Source: Candidatus Levybacteria bacterium RIFCSPHIGHO2_01_FULL_40_16 (GTDB lineage: Bacteria; Patescibacteriota; Microgenomatia; Levybacterales; UBA12049). From it: DNA of 64,000 bases. The position numbers and the translations under genes are program-made. A model generated the notes under the pieces. The model ran no database searches and had not been told where the DNA came from. It was given only the letters and a program-made list of their open reading frames with translations. The DNA is taken from positions 342,921-406,920 of the forward strand of contig MFNS01000001.1 in the NCBI GenBank assembly GCA_001783805.1, read 5' to 3'. Of this stretch, positions 46,450-55,710 are shown piece after piece (position 1 is the first letter of the stretch; each line of letters begins with the position of its first letter).

Positions 46450-48012
46450 ATGAATCGTATCGAACACGATCAACCGGTTATAACGCTCACCAATCCTGTT
46501 CCTACCGAAGGCGGTAAGTTTAATGGAAAAGTAACCAATGATGCCTATACGGAAACCCGGGTTCCCTCGTCAAGTCTCGCTGCGATAGACGGTGTTCTGA
46601 AGGGAGCCGGCTTCACAAAAGTATCTACCGAAGACAGCCGATTTTATCCAAAATATGGCAATTCTACCCCCGATGATATAAAAAGAATTTTTCAAAGTGA
46701 CATCGTCGGAATTAGCGGAACAAATAGAAACGCAGATTCTTCCCTTGACTTTACTCATGAGTATAAGAAGCAAAAGCCGGATGGCGTAATAATAGCAGGA
46801 GGTTTTGGTCCATCTATGGAAACTGAGAAATGGTTATTGGGAGGAGTTGATATTGTCGTACGGGGAGAAGGAGATATTACAGCGTCTTTAGTTGTAAATG
46901 CAATCAAAAATGGCGATTCTCTGGAAAACATAAAGGGAATCAGCTACCTGCGCGATGGCAAAATAATCAACAACGAAGATAATCCGCTTTTAACCGAGAA
47001 AGAGTTATCCGAAGTGCCGCTCCCCTTTTATCCTGACTATATTAAGAGAAAAAGAAGACTACATACCGTAAACGAGTCGCGGGGATGTTATGGAAAATGC
47101 AAATTTTGTTGTGTTACGGTGGCATACGGAGGCACATACAGAATGAAAACTCCGGAAAGAGTAGCCACGGAGATTGCAGATAGTAGGAACGGTGAACCCG
47201 TATTCTTTACAGGAGACAATCTTGCTCCCAGATCCAGAAGAGCGGATTCTCGGCGGCTTGCGGATACATTAATAAATAGGAAATTAGTAAGACCATATCT
47301 TGCTCAGATAGACGCTAGCTTTGCGGAAGATCTTGATTTTGTCAGGCTTTGGAAAAAAGCAGGGTTATTTTGGGTTTTTAAAGGACAGGAGTCCACCAAT
47401 ACCCTATCATTAAACAATGTTGGCAAGGCTTTCACTGCAGAACAGGGCATAAATGCAACTAATATTTTAAGGAAAGAGGGTTTTGGCGTACACGATATGT
47501 TTATTTTGGGAATCGATGGAGATACGCCGGAAACTATTAAAATGCTTAAAGACTACTTTAGAAAACGAAACAAGGCAAATACAGGTCAGCTTTTCCTATT
47601 AACGCCTTTGATTGGCACGCAAGTCGGAAGAGAAAAGCCAATTTTTGATTTTGCCAAAAACGAGAGTAATTTATTTGACGGTCAGCACCTCGTAACATAT
47701 CCTCCGCCGGAATTCACCTGTGTCGGATTACAAGATACGGCAGTCGGCCTTTATTTGGATCTTTTTAACAGCAAACATCTTTTAAACACAATTTTGACCG
47801 ATTCAAAACAATTTCTCCTTGACCGGGAAAGAGGAAAAAAACTTTTGGCATTTGATATTGCATCGCATATCTATGCCAGAAAAACAGTTGCATCAATGAA
47901 AAAAGATCCGTATTATCAAGATTTTAGGGAAAATTTAAGAAGGGAAGATGAAGCTAAAACTGCCGGGAAAGTTATTTTTGACGCAAAGACCCACAATAAA
48001 ATAGAATTATAA
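46450..48012 (+). CDS. B12-binding-domain radical SAM protein
   Basis: IIAGG, DIVVRGEGD, SRGCYGKCKFC, GQES, FILGIDGDT. Confidence 0.88.
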   Translation: MNRIEHDQPVITLTNPVPTEGGKFNGKVTNDAYTETRVPSSSLAAIDGVLKGAGFTKVSTEDSRFYPKYGNSTPDDIKRIFQSDIVGISGTNRNADSSLDFTHEYKKQKPDGVIIAGGFGPSMETEKWLLGGVDIVVRGEGDITASLVVNAIKNGDSLENIKGISYLRDGKIINNEDNPLLTEKELSEVPLPFYPDYIKRKRRLHTVNESRGCYGKCKFCCVTVAYGGTYRMKTPERVATEIADSRNGEPVFFTGDNLAPRSRRADSRRLADTLINRKLVRPYLAQIDASFAEDLDFVRLWKKAGLFWVFKGQESTNTLSLNNVGKAFTAEQGINATNILRKEGFGVHDMFILGIDGDTPETIKMLKDYFRKRNKANTGQLFLLTPLIGTQVGREKPIFDFAKNESNLFDGQHLVTYPPPEFTCVGLQDTAVGLYLDLFNSKHLLNTILTDSKQFLLDRERGKKLLAFDIASHIYARKTVASMKKDPYYQDFRENLRREDEAKTAGKVIFDAKTHNKIEL

Positions 48013-48426
48013 TTCCAAATGTTCCCCGGCTAACTTCTGCGCTTGAGATGTCAAGCTCCAATATTCATCTTGTTGCCCTTCTGGAATTTTTCGAATGCAA
48101 ATCCCCTGCGCTTGAAACTCTTGCAATTTCACTCTCAAAACTTTTGCGCTCATTGAATTTTCTTTGCTTTTTTCCTTTAATGCGTTTACAAGAGACTCTG
48201 TTGTACTGATTCTCAACAAAGCAAGTTGACTAACAATAATCCACTTACCGGGTTTTAATAAATGGGAAAGCGTAAGTTTTACCTCCGGTTTCGGAGTCTC
48301 TCGGCTTGCTGATATTTTTAATGTATCAATTCGTTTGATCCGTGCCGAATGCCCCGGTTGACCATATACGTCATCCGCAAACCCCTTAAATTTACCTCCC
48401 CTAAATCTTTCCCTATTATTTGTCAT
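48007..48426 (-). CDS. HxlR-like winged-helix protein with N-terminal extension
   Basis: GKWIIVSQL, MSAKVLRVKLQEFQAQGICIR, YWSLT. Confidence 0.55.
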   Translation of the reverse strand: MTNNRERFRGGKFKGFADDVYGQPGHSARIKRIDTLKISASRETPKPEVKLTLSHLLKPGKWIIVSQLALLRISTTESLVNALKEKSKENSMSAKVLRVKLQEFQAQGICIRKIPEGQQDEYWSLTSQAQKLAGEHLEL

Positions 48427-48544
48427 TATTTCATCCTTTCGAAAATTATCCAATTGGGCAATTTGCATAACTTACCAAGAAAAGCGTAAATTGTCAAGGA
48501 AAATATTGGAATAGGGGGAATTCTGAACAGAGAGTTTTTCCTTG

Positions 48545-48598
48545 CTCGCCGACTTGTCCGCCAAAGCTTCAGCGGTGGAAGCTTTAGCGAAGGTGGGA
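48545..48598. repeat. Intergenic nested palindromic element just downstream of glyA
   Basis: CTTGTCCGCC-AAAGCTTC...GAAGCTTT-AGCGAAGG; related to the recR insert. Confidence 0.75.
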
Positions 48599-48606
48599 CT
48601 TCTTCG

Positions 48607-49926
48607 TCAAGACAGAGGAAACTTTAAACAAAGCTTCTTGACTTCTTCGGAAATCTTAAGGAGTTTTTTATTTGCAACAATTTCTTGTTTAAATTTTTTC
48701 CAAAATTCTTTTCTTTGCTCCCTGTCTTTTGGAAAATTTTCATTTGAAATTTCATTGATAACTTCATTCATCCATTGGGCAATTTTTATCATTTCTCTTT
48801 CTTTCATTCCCCTGGTGGTGATGGCCGGAGTTCCAAGACGGATTCCCGATGGGTAAAAAGGCGGCAGTAAATCTTCGGGAACTGCATTTTTATTCACAAT
48901 AATTCCTGCAATTTCAAGGGCTAAAGCTGCCACCGCTCCATTTACTTTTTTATTGGTCAGGTCAATTAACAAAAGATGATTATCCGTTCCCCCGCTAATT
49001 AAATTAAGTCCATATTTTGTTAATTCTTCTGCCAAAACTTTCGCGTTTTTAACAATTTGCTGACCATAAGTTTTAAAAGAAGCAATACTTGCCTCTTTCA
49101 AAGCTACGGCAATTGCCGCAGTTTGGTTGTCATGCGGTCCGCCTTGCAAGCCGGGAAATACCGCTTTATCAATTTTTATTCCTAATTCGGGATCTTTTTT
49201 CAAGCCTTTTTCCGTTACCATAATCATCGCCCCCCTTGGTCCACGCAAAGTCTTGTGAGTAGTGGTCATAATAATATCTGCGTAAGATACGGGTGAGGGA
49301 TGAACTTCGGCGACTATCAAACCTGCAATGTGGGAAATATCTGCCAATAAATATGCTCCGACTTTGTCAGCAATTTCTCCAAATCTTTTGAAATCAATAA
49401 TCCTTGGATACGCGGTGGCGCCGCAAATAATAATTTTGGGTTTTTCCACAATCGCTAATCTTTCGACTTCGTCATAATCAATAATTCCCCTAACATCCAA
49501 TTTATAAGGGATAATCGTGAAATATTTTCCCGAAAAAGAAACCGGCGAACCATGGGTTAAATGCCCACCAAATGCTAAAGAAAGTCCCATGATTTTGTCT
49601 TTGGGCTCTAAAAGGGCAAAATAAATTGCCGAATTGGCCGGACTGCCTGAATATGGCTGGACATTTACATATGGGACGCCAAATAATTTTTTCGCTCTTT
49701 CTTGTGCCAGAATTTCCACATCATCGGCAAATTTTTGCCCCTGATAATAACGTTTTTTGGGATAGCCTTCGGAATATTTGTAATTGTAGATACTGCCCAA
49801 GGCCTCCAAAACAGCTTTGCTTTGAAAATTATTTGACGGAATCATTTCCAAAGTATCCGAAACACGCTTTTCTTCTTCTTTGATGAGATTGTAAACCTGC
49901 GGATCAGTTTTCTTAAGATTGCTCAT
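48607..49926 (-). CDS. glyA: Serine hydroxymethyltransferase
   Basis: YSEGYP, GGHLTHG, TTTHKTLRGPRG, FPGLQGGP. Confidence 0.97.
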   Translation of the reverse strand: MSNLKKTDPQVYNLIKEEEKRVSDTLEMIPSNNFQSKAVLEALGSIYNYKYSEGYPKKRYYQGQKFADDVEILAQERAKKLFGVPYVNVQPYSGSPANSAIYFALLEPKDKIMGLSLAFGGHLTHGSPVSFSGKYFTIIPYKLDVRGIIDYDEVERLAIVEKPKIIICGATAYPRIIDFKRFGEIADKVGAYLLADISHIAGLIVAEVHPSPVSYADIIMTTTHKTLRGPRGAMIMVTEKGLKKDPELGIKIDKAVFPGLQGGPHDNQTAAIAVALKEASIASFKTYGQQIVKNAKVLAEELTKYGLNLISGGTDNHLLLIDLTNKKVNGAVAALALEIAGIIVNKNAVPEDLLPPFYPSGIRLGTPAITTRGMKEREMIKIAQWMNEVINEISNENFPKDREQRKEFWKKFKQEIVANKKLLKISEEVKKLCLKFPLS

Positions 49927-50054
49927 TGAATTAAAGCAAGTATATAAGTGTTTCCTATCTTTTTCAATAGATAAAATAAAAGCGTATTATTTAGACCGCT
50001 ATTAAAGTCTTTTCTTATATGCGTTGTTTATGCTAAAATACATTTTTATATCCT

Positions 50055-52025
50055 ATGCTAGAACAATTGAAAATTTTACCAAACCTAGACCAGCAAACAG
50101 CAGTTCCAGGAATTGCTATATTACCAGTTGACATTTTCAGCGAAAGCCCAATAAGTAGATCTGCCTGCAATAACAATGAAGCTTTATATTTGGAACAGAA
50201 AGAAATTCTCAGTCTTATCGGAAAGACAGCCAGATTGCTTAAGCCAAAATTGGTCAATTCCGACATTAAGGGTCGCGCATGGGATAAAGTAGAAAAAAGA
50301 CGATACACTATCTCCGAACAAAAAACTAATCTAATGGAGAGGATTCTAAATGACAATGAGGATAGCCCCAATGCAAATGGCATGCTTTATATGTTAAGGA
50401 CTGCCGCTGATATTCTGACGCTGCAAACCTTACGGCAGCAATCAGATTTGGTAAAAGGATCCGAATTTGCTCATGATTTCTCTTCCTTAGTGCAATTAGT
50501 TAGATTTAATTATCTAGGCAGCTTGTTCATGAAAATCGAGGACCTTTCACTTATAGACATTATTAACAATAACAATGTTGATCTTTCAAAATATTACAAA
50601 ACAACCAATAAGGCAGGGGTTGCTTTAAATAAGAATTCTTTCGAAGCAATCCAAGAGGAAAATAAACATGATTCTTTAATAGAAGAATATCCGCAGACAT
50701 CGGGACGTTTAATTCAGGATGCGTGTAAGCAAATAGCGGCCCTATCAACCGGAGATTTAGCTATTTTTGATTATGTTAAAATACCAACTAAAACTCAAAT
50801 CGAACAAGAGATTATCCTGAAAGCAAAAGAACTCTTGGAGATAACAACCGGAATTAGAATAAAACTTTGCAATGAATTATTTAATTCCCAATCATTTAGG
50901 CAGCTCGTATCGGCCTACGTAATAGGAAGCCATAAAGAAAAAGCATCCGCTTTGGGAAAACTGGGGCTTGGTATAACGCGGCTTGAGATAGGCACATACA
51001 GAGCTGCTAAAAAAATGATCAGAGAGAATGATGAGGATGCATCATTTTTTGCTAATCTTGTGGCCAATATTAAAGATTGTGCGGAAAATCAGACTCCGCT
51101 GGAAGCTGCTTATGCGCCTAAAGAAATCGGACTTTTTTTAACAGACGCGGAAATCCCAGAAAAACCCATTCCGACTTTCGAAGATTTAAAAAACATAATG
51201 AAACTTTTGCCAAAGACAGGATTAAAGCCGGAATACGTAATTACCCCCTGCGATGTTGACTACACAGTCTTTAAAGCTCCAAAGGAAGTAGTTTTTGCTC
51301 CCATTGGAAATGGACATAGCGAAGCAATAATCGGAGTAACGTTTAATGATGAGAAAAAACGGGGTTCCGGTTTTGGTTTTTACATCGATACTGAAAATAA
51401 ACATCTGGAATGGGTATTTTTGGACCGCTTCGATGATCCGGATATGTCAAGACTAGCAAAAGCCTCTATGCTGCTTACTCATTCCGTGCTTTCTTTCATA
51501 CAGAAAAAGTTGGTAAGTGAACATCCTTTGGAAAAACCAATTGTTCCTCAATCCAACAATCATACTTTGGAAAAAAAATGGCCGGTATGGACTCCGAAAA
51601 TAAAAGAGAAAAGAGAAAAACCGCAACAACCGCTATCCCCAATTCAAGAATTAATGCAGAAGAAAACAGAAAATGAAACAGGTAAAAATGGATTCAGAAA
51701 ATATATAAAAATGCCGACGGATGAAGAATTACAAAAATTGGAGAGACGTTTATCAAGAGAGATTCAGGAAGAAGTCAACGGAGCTATCGATGAATTCAAT
51801 GAAACCGGAGCAGGAAAATTCAAAATGCTTAATAGCGGAGCCAAATATAAAGGGAAAATGATTTATGAATTAATTGTTCGCGACATAAGAATTTTAATGA
51901 CATTGACTGGTGAGCAAGAGAACAAGAGTAATTCAAGAGAAAAAATAATTGAATTTAAACCTTTCGAGATCAAGCAAAAACAAAGCATTAAAAGAAAGCA
52001 GAAGAATGGATTTCACAGACGCTAA
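50055..52025 (+). CDS. Large hypothetical protein, possible C-terminal RelE/ParE-like domain
   Basis: 656-aa ORF; KFKML..IYELIVRDIRILM near the C-terminus. Confidence 0.65.
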   Translation: MLEQLKILPNLDQQTAVPGIAILPVDIFSESPISRSACNNNEALYLEQKEILSLIGKTARLLKPKLVNSDIKGRAWDKVEKRRYTISEQKTNLMERILNDNEDSPNANGMLYMLRTAADILTLQTLRQQSDLVKGSEFAHDFSSLVQLVRFNYLGSLFMKIEDLSLIDIINNNNVDLSKYYKTTNKAGVALNKNSFEAIQEENKHDSLIEEYPQTSGRLIQDACKQIAALSTGDLAIFDYVKIPTKTQIEQEIILKAKELLEITTGIRIKLCNELFNSQSFRQLVSAYVIGSHKEKASALGKLGLGITRLEIGTYRAAKKMIRENDEDASFFANLVANIKDCAENQTPLEAAYAPKEIGLFLTDAEIPEKPIPTFEDLKNIMKLLPKTGLKPEYVITPCDVDYTVFKAPKEVVFAPIGNGHSEAIIGVTFNDEKKRGSGFGFYIDTENKHLEWVFLDRFDDPDMSRLAKASMLLTHSVLSFIQKKLVSEHPLEKPIVPQSNNHTLEKKWPVWTPKIKEKREKPQQPLSPIQELMQKKTENETGKNGFRKYIKMPTDEELQKLERRLSREIQEEVNGAIDEFNETGAGKFKMLNSGAKYKGKMIYELIVRDIRILMTLTGEQENKSNSREKIIEFKPFEIKQKQSIKRKQKNGFHRR

Positions 52026-52030
52026 TCGGT

Positions 52031-52543
52031 TTATTTTTCCAAGTCCAGAAACTTATATTTATACCCTTCGGATTCCCCCGCTTTTTCAGATATGACTGCT
52101 TTAAACTCCGAATAATCCGGAAAAAAAGTATCCGCTTCGGAGTCTCCACCAGCTGGCGGATCAATTATCGTTAAATAAAGTTTGTCCACTAATCCTTTTT
52201 TAATCGCCTGGTCATAAATCTGTCCACCTCCAATAATAAATATTTCCTTTGGCTCGCCGAAGCCTTCGGCGGAGGCGGCTGCTTTTTTAATCGATTCTTC
52301 AATTGAATTGCAAACGACAGCGCCTTCCGCCTTAAATTTAGCGTCTCGCGTTATAACAATGTTATAACGTTTTGGTAAAGGTTTTGTCGGCAGAGATTCC
52401 CAAGTTTTGCGACCCATGATAACCGGATGCCCCTTTGTGATATTTCTAAATCTTTGCAAATCTTCTTTGATGTGCCACAGCAACTTATTGTCTTTTCCCA
52501 ATTCCCGATTTTTCCCAATCGCCGCAATCGCACTTACTTTCAT
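52031..52543 (-). CDS. folA: Dihydrofolate reductase
   Basis: LLWHIKEDL, IMGRKTWES, IIGGGQIY, DTFFP. Confidence 0.96.
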   Translation of the reverse strand: MKVSAIAAIGKNRELGKDNKLLWHIKEDLQRFRNITKGHPVIMGRKTWESLPTKPLPKRYNIVITRDAKFKAEGAVVCNSIEESIKKAAASAEGFGEPKEIFIIGGGQIYDQAIKKGLVDKLYLTIIDPPAGGDSEADTFFPDYSEFKAVISEKAGESEGYKYKFLDLEK

Positions 52544-52557
52544 AATCTCTTCTTAAT

Positions 52558-52933
52558 TGTCATGCTGAACTTGTTTCAGCATCTCAAAAGCATTATATAA
52601 TAAAGCAGCATGCGAAGAAAGTTAATTTATTATATTTACATCTTAACAAATAAATACAATACAACTTCCTATATTGGTGTTACCAACAGTATTTTCAAAA
52701 GACTTTTTGAACATAAATTTGGCTTGATGGAAGGTTTTACAAAAAAATATAAAACCAAAAAACTTGTGTATCTCGAGGAGTACAGCGACATTAAAGAGGC
52801 TATTGCCCGAGAAAAACAATTAAAAAATTGGCATAGAGACTGGAAGATAAATTTGATTAAAAAAGCAAATCCTAAATTTGAAGATATGTCTGTTTTCGAT
52901 TAAAGTAGATCCCGAAATAAATTCGGGATGACA
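52558..52933. mobile_element. GIY-YIG gene bounded by inverted 27-bp hairpin repeats
   Basis: TGTCATGCTGAACTTGTTTCAGCATCT (52558-52584) and the reverse complement TGTCATCCCGAATTTATTTCGGGATCT (52907-52933). Confidence 0.7.
52610..52903 (+). CDS. Stand-alone GIY-YIG nuclease
   Basis: YIYIL..YIGVT..R..EH, AIAREKQLKNW. Confidence 0.92.
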   Translation: MRRKLIYYIYILTNKYNTTSYIGVTNSIFKRLFEHKFGLMEGFTKKYKTKKLVYLEEYSDIKEAIAREKQLKNWHRDWKINLIKKANPKFEDMSVFD

Positions 52934-52943
52934 CGGAGCAACA

Positions 52944-53936
52944 TTAAAATCCTCCCACAACCGTTACGTCTGCTTTAATCGGAGGATAAGGATTATAACC
53001 AATCAACTCAAAGTCTTCGATTTTGAAATCGTCAATATTCTTCACTTTGGGATTTAATTTCATTTTCGGAAACGGTCGGGGTTTTCTTTTCAACTGTTCT
53101 TTTACCTGATCCATGTGATTCCCATAGATATGCACATCGCCAAAAGTATGGACAAATTCTCCGGGTTTGAATCCACCGACATGCGCAAACATCATTGTTA
53201 AAAGCGCGTAGCTGGCGATATTAAATGGAACTCCTAAAAAGACATCCGAACTTCGTTGATAAAGTTGTAAGGATAATTCATTCTTGTCATTAACATTAAT
53301 TTGAAAAAAAGAATGGCAAGGAGGAAGCACAACAGACTTCTCGCGACTCGCGGCCATTTCGTAAACAAATTCGGGATTCCAAGCGGCAATCATAATATGT
53401 TTCCTGGTCGGAGTTTTTTTAAGTTTCGCAATCGCCCAAGCGATCTGGTCAATTGTCCGTCCGTCCGAAGTTTCCCATTTCCGCCATTGCCTGCCATAAA
53501 TCGGCCCCAATTCTCCCCACCTATAAGCGAATTTTTTATTCTCTTTTATTTTCTGAATAAACTCCTCTTGCGTCTTTATTTTTCGGTCGTCTTTCGTCAG
53601 CTTTGAGCTTTGAGTTTTGAACTTTGAACTTAACGCTTCCGTGAAGCGTTTATACGCCCATTCATCCCAAATATGTACATTGCGGTCAACCAGATATTTG
53701 ATATTGGAATTGCCCTGCAAAAACCACAAAAGTTCTTCGATAATTCCCCGCAGGAAAACTTTTTTCGTAGTCAAAAGTGGAAACCCTTTTGACAAATCAT
53801 AACGGGTTTGTCTGCCAAAAACACTTTTAAGTGTTATTCCTGAATTAAATTCTTTTTTTTCATGTCCATTTTCCAAAATATCCCGCAGCAAATCCAAATA
53901 CTGATACTCTCCCTCCCGATAATCATTAATTTTCAT
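52944..53936 (-). CDS. thyA: Thymidylate synthase
   Basis: FPLLTTKKV, LGPIYG, LPPCH, YQRSSDVFLGVPFN. Confidence 0.97.
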   Translation of the reverse strand: MKINDYREGEYQYLDLLRDILENGHEKKEFNSGITLKSVFGRQTRYDLSKGFPLLTTKKVFLRGIIEELLWFLQGNSNIKYLVDRNVHIWDEWAYKRFTEALSSKFKTQSSKLTKDDRKIKTQEEFIQKIKENKKFAYRWGELGPIYGRQWRKWETSDGRTIDQIAWAIAKLKKTPTRKHIMIAAWNPEFVYEMAASREKSVVLPPCHSFFQINVNDKNELSLQLYQRSSDVFLGVPFNIASYALLTMMFAHVGGFKPGEFVHTFGDVHIYGNHMDQVKEQLKRKPRPFPKMKLNPKVKNIDDFKIEDFELIGYNPYPPIKADVTVVGGF

Positions 53937-54011
53937 ACTGAAAATAATAATCCAATACTACCAATAAACAAATCAACAAATCAATAGGACAAATTATTCC
54001 TTATTGGGATT

Positions 54012-55112
54012 TTATTTAGGGGCCGCTTTAGGAAAGTAATCATCTAGTTTTTCTATAATAATTTCCCTAACTTTCACGCTCTTTTTTTCATTCGCGCCAA
54101 GATGACCTTTGTTGTGTAAAGCAGTTATTCCGTGGTCCATTTCTTCTCCGGGCAAAGTCGGCCTTCCTCTCCTGACAAAAGACCGAACGATACTCAATAT
54201 TACAGGATCATTATAATTTTTTATAATAGTCGTCATTGCTCTATCTACAGATTCAGGATCATCCGACCGTCTGAATTCTTCAAAAGCAGTCCAGACTAGA
54301 AGCTCTACCACATCCGTTGCTTTTTGATCTTTTGCGATTCTTTCCTTGATTTTTTGCTCTGCTACATTAAACTCTGTTTCGCTAAGCCTCACGGTCTCAA
54401 CGTCAATGCCCTGTTCTTTAGCTACTGTCTTTTCCATTTGCGAAATGGCAGATTTTTCAAGCTGCTTTATTCGTTTTGTGGATGGAGTAAGAATTGCGTC
54501 GGGAATATTCAGAACAGGATCCATTACTGCATTTCCCTCTCTTTCCTGAAACATTACATCGTCAATGAAATCTCCTGCTGCTCCATATTTATCATGAATA
54601 GAACGGATATATTTAGCTTCTTCTGCCAAGGCCTGAAATCGGTCTATACCATCAAGATCCGGTGATTTAATTTGATCTGCTCTAAAAATATCTTTGATGG
54701 CAATCCATTTCTTCGTAAATACTTCCGGTTTTTTAATCTCAATTCCTTGCGGATGTATACCATAATACTCGGACAAGCCTAATCTTTGGATATTTGCGGC
54801 TATTTCTTCTTTCGTTCCGCGATGCCGCATCGGATCGCTTTTAAAAACAACATCCCAGAATTCTCGTGAATGCGTTGTAAGCATTTTCCAAGGCTCTTTT
54901 ATTACGTGATCGTCCCATCTGCGGAGAATCTTTTCCCCTTTACCGTCTATCCAGTTATTCCACCCCTTATTTATCTCATAAACCATTTTCCCATCAGGCT
55001 CTGTGACAATTTTCCCCCCATAAACACCAACCGTGCTCTTATATCTCTCCGACGGAAATCTATTTTTAACAAACTTATTTGCTATTTCTACAATTCCCCC
55101 AATTTCTCCCAT
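54012..55112 (-). CDS. Hypothetical protein, possibly degenerate kinase-like fold
   Basis: YIRSIHDKYGAAGD and QKATDVVELL loosely resemble Kdo/Bud32-type motifs. Confidence 0.55.
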   Translation of the reverse strand: MGEIGGIVEIANKFVKNRFPSERYKSTVGVYGGKIVTEPDGKMVYEINKGWNNWIDGKGEKILRRWDDHVIKEPWKMLTTHSREFWDVVFKSDPMRHRGTKEEIAANIQRLGLSEYYGIHPQGIEIKKPEVFTKKWIAIKDIFRADQIKSPDLDGIDRFQALAEEAKYIRSIHDKYGAAGDFIDDVMFQEREGNAVMDPVLNIPDAILTPSTKRIKQLEKSAISQMEKTVAKEQGIDVETVRLSETEFNVAEQKIKERIAKDQKATDVVELLVWTAFEEFRRSDDPESVDRAMTTIIKNYNDPVILSIVRSFVRRGRPTLPGEEMDHGITALHNKGHLGANEKKSVKVREIIIEKLDDYFPKAAPK

Positions 55113-55115
55113 AAT

Positions 55116-55604
55116 TTATTCCTTGCGCTGGTCAACCGGTCCACCGGAGTAATTTGTCTTATAAATCTGCTTACCGCCCTTACTTATTGTTTCTTCTCCT
55201 ATAAATTTCCCAATATCTCCCTGCCAATCATTTTCATACTTAAACTCACCATCCTCAAAAATCTTAGGGCCTCTTGCGGGAAAATCATCAGGCATTTGAG
55301 AAAGCGCTTTTCTCAAAGTTGGTATAGCCAAGTTAGCTTCAGTCAAATCAACTCCATAATAAACCATCATCCAATAAGGTTTTCCTTTATAAAAAACGAT
55401 TTCCCGCCCACCAAAAGGCTCTCCGCCAAACCAATTATCATGAAATTTGAAATCTCCAGACTCATATCTCGTAGAATAAGAGCCATCAGCCTCTTTTGTC
55501 GTAGTAGTTTCTCCTGAAGCATATCCTTCTCTTTTTGCTTTGATTAAAAAGCTCTTTAGCTCCTCCTTATTCATAATATCTATTTCTTTATCCATATTAC
55601 TCAT
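55116..55604 (-). CDS. DUF5680-like protein
   Basis: FLIKAKREGYA, DNWFGGEPFGGRE, PYWMMVYYG, RGP. Confidence 0.75.
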   Translation of the reverse strand: MSNMDKEIDIMNKEELKSFLIKAKREGYASGETTTTKEADGSYSTRYESGDFKFHDNWFGGEPFGGREIVFYKGKPYWMMVYYGVDLTEANLAIPTLRKALSQMPDDFPARGPKIFEDGEFKYENDWQGDIGKFIGEETISKGGKQIYKTNYSGGPVDQRKE

Positions 55605-55710
55605 CCTATTGTACTATTTTCGTCTCTTTAGGTAAACACAAAAACCTCATACGTAATACTGTAATTTCGTCTCTACAATAGCAAACTTTCTCTGTTGATG
55701 TAATGCGATA

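Noticed and set aside
55616-55674. Direct repeat TTTCGTCTCT x2
   Set aside because: Only two short copies in AT-rich DNA, with no supporting context
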